Positions 61,289-64,000 of a DNA stretch of 64,000 nucleotides are shown here, piece after piece (the first letter of the stretch is position 1; the number at the start of each line of letters is the position of its first letter). A program made the translations under genes and the position numbers. This DNA is from Actinomycetota bacterium (lineage in GTDB: Bacteria; Actinomycetota; Thermoleophilia; Solirubrobacterales; 70-9): assembly GCA_016870325.1 (NCBI GenBank), contig VGBV01000001.1:3349-67348 (forward strand), read 5' to 3'. Below the pieces are notes generated by a model. The model was not told the origin of the DNA and did no database searches. It saw only the letters and a program-made list of their open reading frames with translations.

Positions 61289-61797
61289 GCGAGCGGTCGG
61301 AAGCGGGCGAGCGGCGCCTCACCCACGTCGACGAGTCCGGCAGCGCCCGCATGGTCGACGTAGGCGCCAAGGACGAGGGCGAGCGCCGCGCGCGCGCCGA
61401 GGCGCTGGTGCGGATGAGCCCCGGGACGGCGGGCGCCGTCGCGGCCGCCGACGGTCCCAAGGGCGACGTCGTCGGCCCGGCGCGGATCGCCGGGATCGCC
61501 GCCGCCAAACGCACCGGCGACCTGATCCCGCTCGCCCACCCGCTGCCGCTGACATTCGCCGACGTCGAGATCGAGGTGGACGAGTCCGAGGGCCTCGTAC
61601 GCATCACCTCAGAGGCCCGGGTGGTCGGGCGCACGGGGGTCGAGATGGAGGCGATGGCGGCCTGCGCGGTCGCGGCCCTGACCGTCTACGACATGGTCAA
61701 GGCCCTGGAGCGCGGGGTCAGCATCGAGCGCATCGAGCTGCTGGAGAAGACCGGGGGCCGGAGCGGCACCTGGACCCGCGACGGCCCCGACGTCTGA
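61285..61797 (+). CDS. moaC: cyclic pyranopterin monophosphate synthase
   Basis: ATG overlaps the upstream TGA (ATGA). LTHVDESG.ARMVDV, LIPLAHPLPL, GVEMEAMAA, YDMVKA. Confidence 0.92.
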   Translation: MSERSEAGERRLTHVDESGSARMVDVGAKDEGERRARAEALVRMSPGTAGAVAAADGPKGDVVGPARIAGIAAAKRTGDLIPLAHPLPLTFADVEIEVDESEGLVRITSEARVVGRTGVEMEAMAACAVAALTVYDMVKALERGVSIERIELLEKTGGRSGTWTRDGPDV

Positions 61798-62273
61798 TGC
61801 GAGCGGCGATCCTCACCGCCTCGACCTCGATAGCCGCGGGCGCCGGCGAGGACAGATCGGGCCGGGCCCTGGCGGAGTTCGCGACCGGGTTGGGCTGCGA
61901 GGTGGTCGCGACCGAGGTCGTGACCGACGATCGCGACCTGATCTCCGACCGCCTGCGTCATTTCTGCGACGAGGCCGGGTGCGAGCTGGTGCTGACCACC
62001 GGCGGCACCGGGATGGCGCCCGGCGACGTCACGCCCGAGGCGATCCGCGAGGTGATCGAGCGCGAGGCGCCCGGGATCGCCGAGGCGATGCGGCTTGCCT
62101 CCCGCGAGCACACGCCCAACTGGATGCTCTCCCGCGCCGTCGCCGGCATCCGCGGAACGACCCTGATCGTCAGCTTCCCCGGCAGCCCCCGCAGCATCGC
62201 CCAGGCGGGCGACGCGATCCGCGAGGCGCTGCCGCACGCGCTGGCGCTGCTCGCGGGCGAGCGCCCGCACTAG
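61797..62273 (+). CDS. moaB: MoaB/MogA-family molybdenum cofactor biosynthesis protein
   Basis: ATG overlaps the moaC TGA. LTTGGTGMAPGDVTPEA, SFPGSPRS. Confidence 0.88.
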   Translation: MRAAILTASTSIAAGAGEDRSGRALAEFATGLGCEVVATEVVTDDRDLISDRLRHFCDEAGCELVLTTGGTGMAPGDVTPEAIREVIEREAPGIAEAMRLASREHTPNWMLSRAVAGIRGTTLIVSFPGSPRSIAQAGDAIREALPHALALLAGERPH

Positions 62274-62275
62274 GC

Positions 62276-62473
62276 TCGGGTCCCAGCCTCGCCCAGAGCG
62301 GCGGCAGCACCTGCTCCTCGATCTCGAAGTGGCGCCGGCCCCTGTCCTCGAAGAACTCGCCGAACTCCGCCGCCGCGGCTCCCGCGTCCTCGGCCCGGCG
62401 CAGCCGCCGGGCGACGACGAGTGGCCTGGTGGTGGTCTCGCGAGAGCGAGGGCAGCGACTCGTCGCGCTTCAC
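62276..62473 (-). pseudogene. possible hemerythrin-like domain scrap
   Basis: Two frames together read VKRDESLPSLSRDHHQA / LVVARRLRRAEDAGAAAAEFGEFFEDRGRRHFEIEEQVLPPLW. The continuation runs antisense into moaB without homology. Confidence 0.25.
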
Positions 62474-62906
62474 GCCGGGACCTCTCGGGGGCGCGGCCGC
62501 ACGGTCACGCGATCAGGTCGGCGGCGAGCACGAGGATGACCAGGGTCAGGGCGAGGATCACGGCCTGGACGATCCCCGAGGCGACGCTCAGCCGGCGCAG
62601 CCCGGCCTCCGCCTCGTCATCGCCCGGGGAGGCGATCAGCGCCTGCCGCCGGCGCCTTATCCGGGGGCCCAGCACCAGCGCGTGGACCAGACCGACGTAC
62701 CCGAGTCGGCCGACTGGTGGAACTCCTCCTGAATGCTGCTCTGGGGCTCGAACATCCCGCCGACGCGGACGCCCGCGAGCAGGACTACCGCAGCGCCCCG
62801 CGCTGGCTCGACCTCGCCGAGGGCATCACCCTGGCGCTCCCGGAGGAGTGCGCGCAGAAGCGCCGCCGCTGGATCGACGCCGCCGGCCGGCGGGACTGAG
62901 CCCGCC

Positions 62907-63896
62907 TCAGCCGCCGATCGCGCTCATCGTGCGCTCGGGCTGGATGAAGCCGGGCTCGTTCACCCGGTGCTTCAGCTCCTTGCGCGCGACGGCGCCGCGG
63001 ATCAGCCGCTCCAGCTCCTCGTCATCGGCCCCGTCGCGCAGCGGCTCGCGGAGGTCGGTCTCGTTCAGCGAGAAGAGGCAGGTGCGCAGCTTGCCCTCGG
63101 ACGTGAGGCGGATGCGGTTGCAGTCGGCGCAGAAGGGCTCGGAGACGGGGTTGACGAAGCCGACCGTGCCCTCGCCGTCGGCGAAGCGGAACACGCGGGC
63201 CGTCGCCGAGGGTTCCCGCTCCAGCTCGATCAGGGGGAAGTGGCGCTCGATCTCGGCCCTGACCTCGGCGCCGGTCAGCACCTTGTCGGGCTCCCATTCG
63301 TGGTCGGCGTCGAGCGGCATGAACTCGATGAAGCGGACCTCGAAGCCGGTCTCGCGCGCGAACTCGGCGAAGGGCAGGATCTCCCGCTCGGTGAAGCCGC
63401 GGATCCCGAGCGCGTTCACCTTGACCGGGCGCAGCTCGGGATGGGCGGCGACCGCCTCGAGGCCGGCGAGCACGCGGGGCAGGGCGTCGCGGCGCGTGAT
63501 CTGAAAGAAGCGGTCGCGCTGCAGCGAGTCGATCGAGACGTTGACGCGGTTGACCCCCGAGGCCGCCAGCGCCTCGGCGTCGCGCTCGAGCAGGTAGCCG
63601 TTGGTCGTCAGCGCCAGGTCCCGCAGGCCGGGTATGCGGCCGAGCATCGCCGCCAGCGTCGGGAAGTCGCGGCGCACAAGCGGCTCGCCGCCGGTCAGGC
63701 GCACGTCGGCGACGCCCATCCGCACCATCAGCCCGACCAGGCGCTCGATCTCCTCGAAGCTGAGGATCTCGGAGCGCTCGAGCCAGGGCAGGCCCTCCGC
63801 CGGCATGCAGTACTGGCAGCGGAAGTTGCAGCGGTCGGTGACCGACACGCGCAGGTCGCCGATCAGGCGCCCGTGGCCGTCGCGAAGCGGTTCCAT
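62907..63896 (-). CDS. moaA: GTP 3',8-cyclase (radical SAM)
   Basis: LRVSVTDRCNFRCQYCMP, LTGGEPL, and the C-terminal CADCNRIRLTSEGKLRTCLF cluster. ATG 63896. Confidence 0.94.
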   Translation of the reverse strand: MEPLRDGHGRLIGDLRVSVTDRCNFRCQYCMPAEGLPWLERSEILSFEEIERLVGLMVRMGVADVRLTGGEPLVRRDFPTLAAMLGRIPGLRDLALTTNGYLLERDAEALAASGVNRVNVSIDSLQRDRFFQITRRDALPRVLAGLEAVAAHPELRPVKVNALGIRGFTEREILPFAEFARETGFEVRFIEFMPLDADHEWEPDKVLTGAEVRAEIERHFPLIELEREPSATARVFRFADGEGTVGFVNPVSEPFCADCNRIRLTSEGKLRTCLFSLNETDLREPLRDGADDEELERLIRGAVARKELKHRVNEPGFIQPERTMSAIGG

Positions 63897-64000
63897 ACGA
63901 TGATTCTGGCAGGCGGCCGCGCTGTGGGCGAGGGTGCGGTAGGCTCGTCGGGCCGTGGGCGTGTTCCTCTGGCACGTCAAGATCTCGCACTACAACGAGA

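Noticed and set aside
63897-64000. A Moco riboswitch upstream of moaA.
   Set aside because: Only about 100 nt of leader are inside the window, and I could not recognise the conserved Moco-motif helices. This cannot be supported without a covariance-model scan of a longer sequence.

Overview
This is a very GC-rich window (roughly 70% G+C by eye, not computed) that looks like Actinobacteria chromosome. It is densely coding on both strands, with many overlapping stop/start codons (ATGA, GTGA, TTGA).

Backbone content:
- clpP, folP and an MrfA-type helicase.
- A FAD-oxidoreductase / CN-hydrolase / P450 / crotonase / SDR cluster.
- A near-complete pentose-phosphate block (zwf, gnd, pgl, rpiA, tkt, tal) plus pgi.
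- cydAB.
- A molybdenum-cofactor locus: moaA, moaB, moaC, a fused moaD-moaE, mobA and a molybdopterin oxidoreductase.
- arsR and arsC.
- Two type II toxin-antitoxin pairs (Phd-VapC, RHH-MazF).
- Three tRNAs (Phe-GAA, Ser-GGA, Ser-CGA).

On top of this there is marked decay. Three 5'-truncated copies of the same DDE-transposase IS end are present, along with an IS110 fragment. About ten genes are fragments or frameshifted: a kdpD/kdpE-like pair, haem-copper oxidase subunit I, two L,D-transpeptidase tails, a cupin, a class-B acid phosphatase, a Zn-ribbon/kinase-like N-terminus, a beta-helix tail, and hemerythrin-like and SnoaL-like scraps. Some breaks sit in homopolymer runs, so sequencing error cannot be excluded.

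The most interesting candidate is a glutamate decarboxylase divergently paired with a prokaryotic pentameric ligand-gated ion channel, followed by RDD and GNAT genes. This may be a GABA- or proton-gated module.

Other notable items:
- A 3 x ~76-bp structured tandem repeat upstream of a usp gene.
- An ICMT-like methyltransferase fused to a trypsin-like protease.
- Helicase-SLOG translational coupling.
- An S1P-lyase-like PLP enzyme coupled to an FGGY kinase.
- Lys/Cys-rich tails on exported proteins.

All functional calls come from by-eye motif recognition in the supplied translations. No database search was run.
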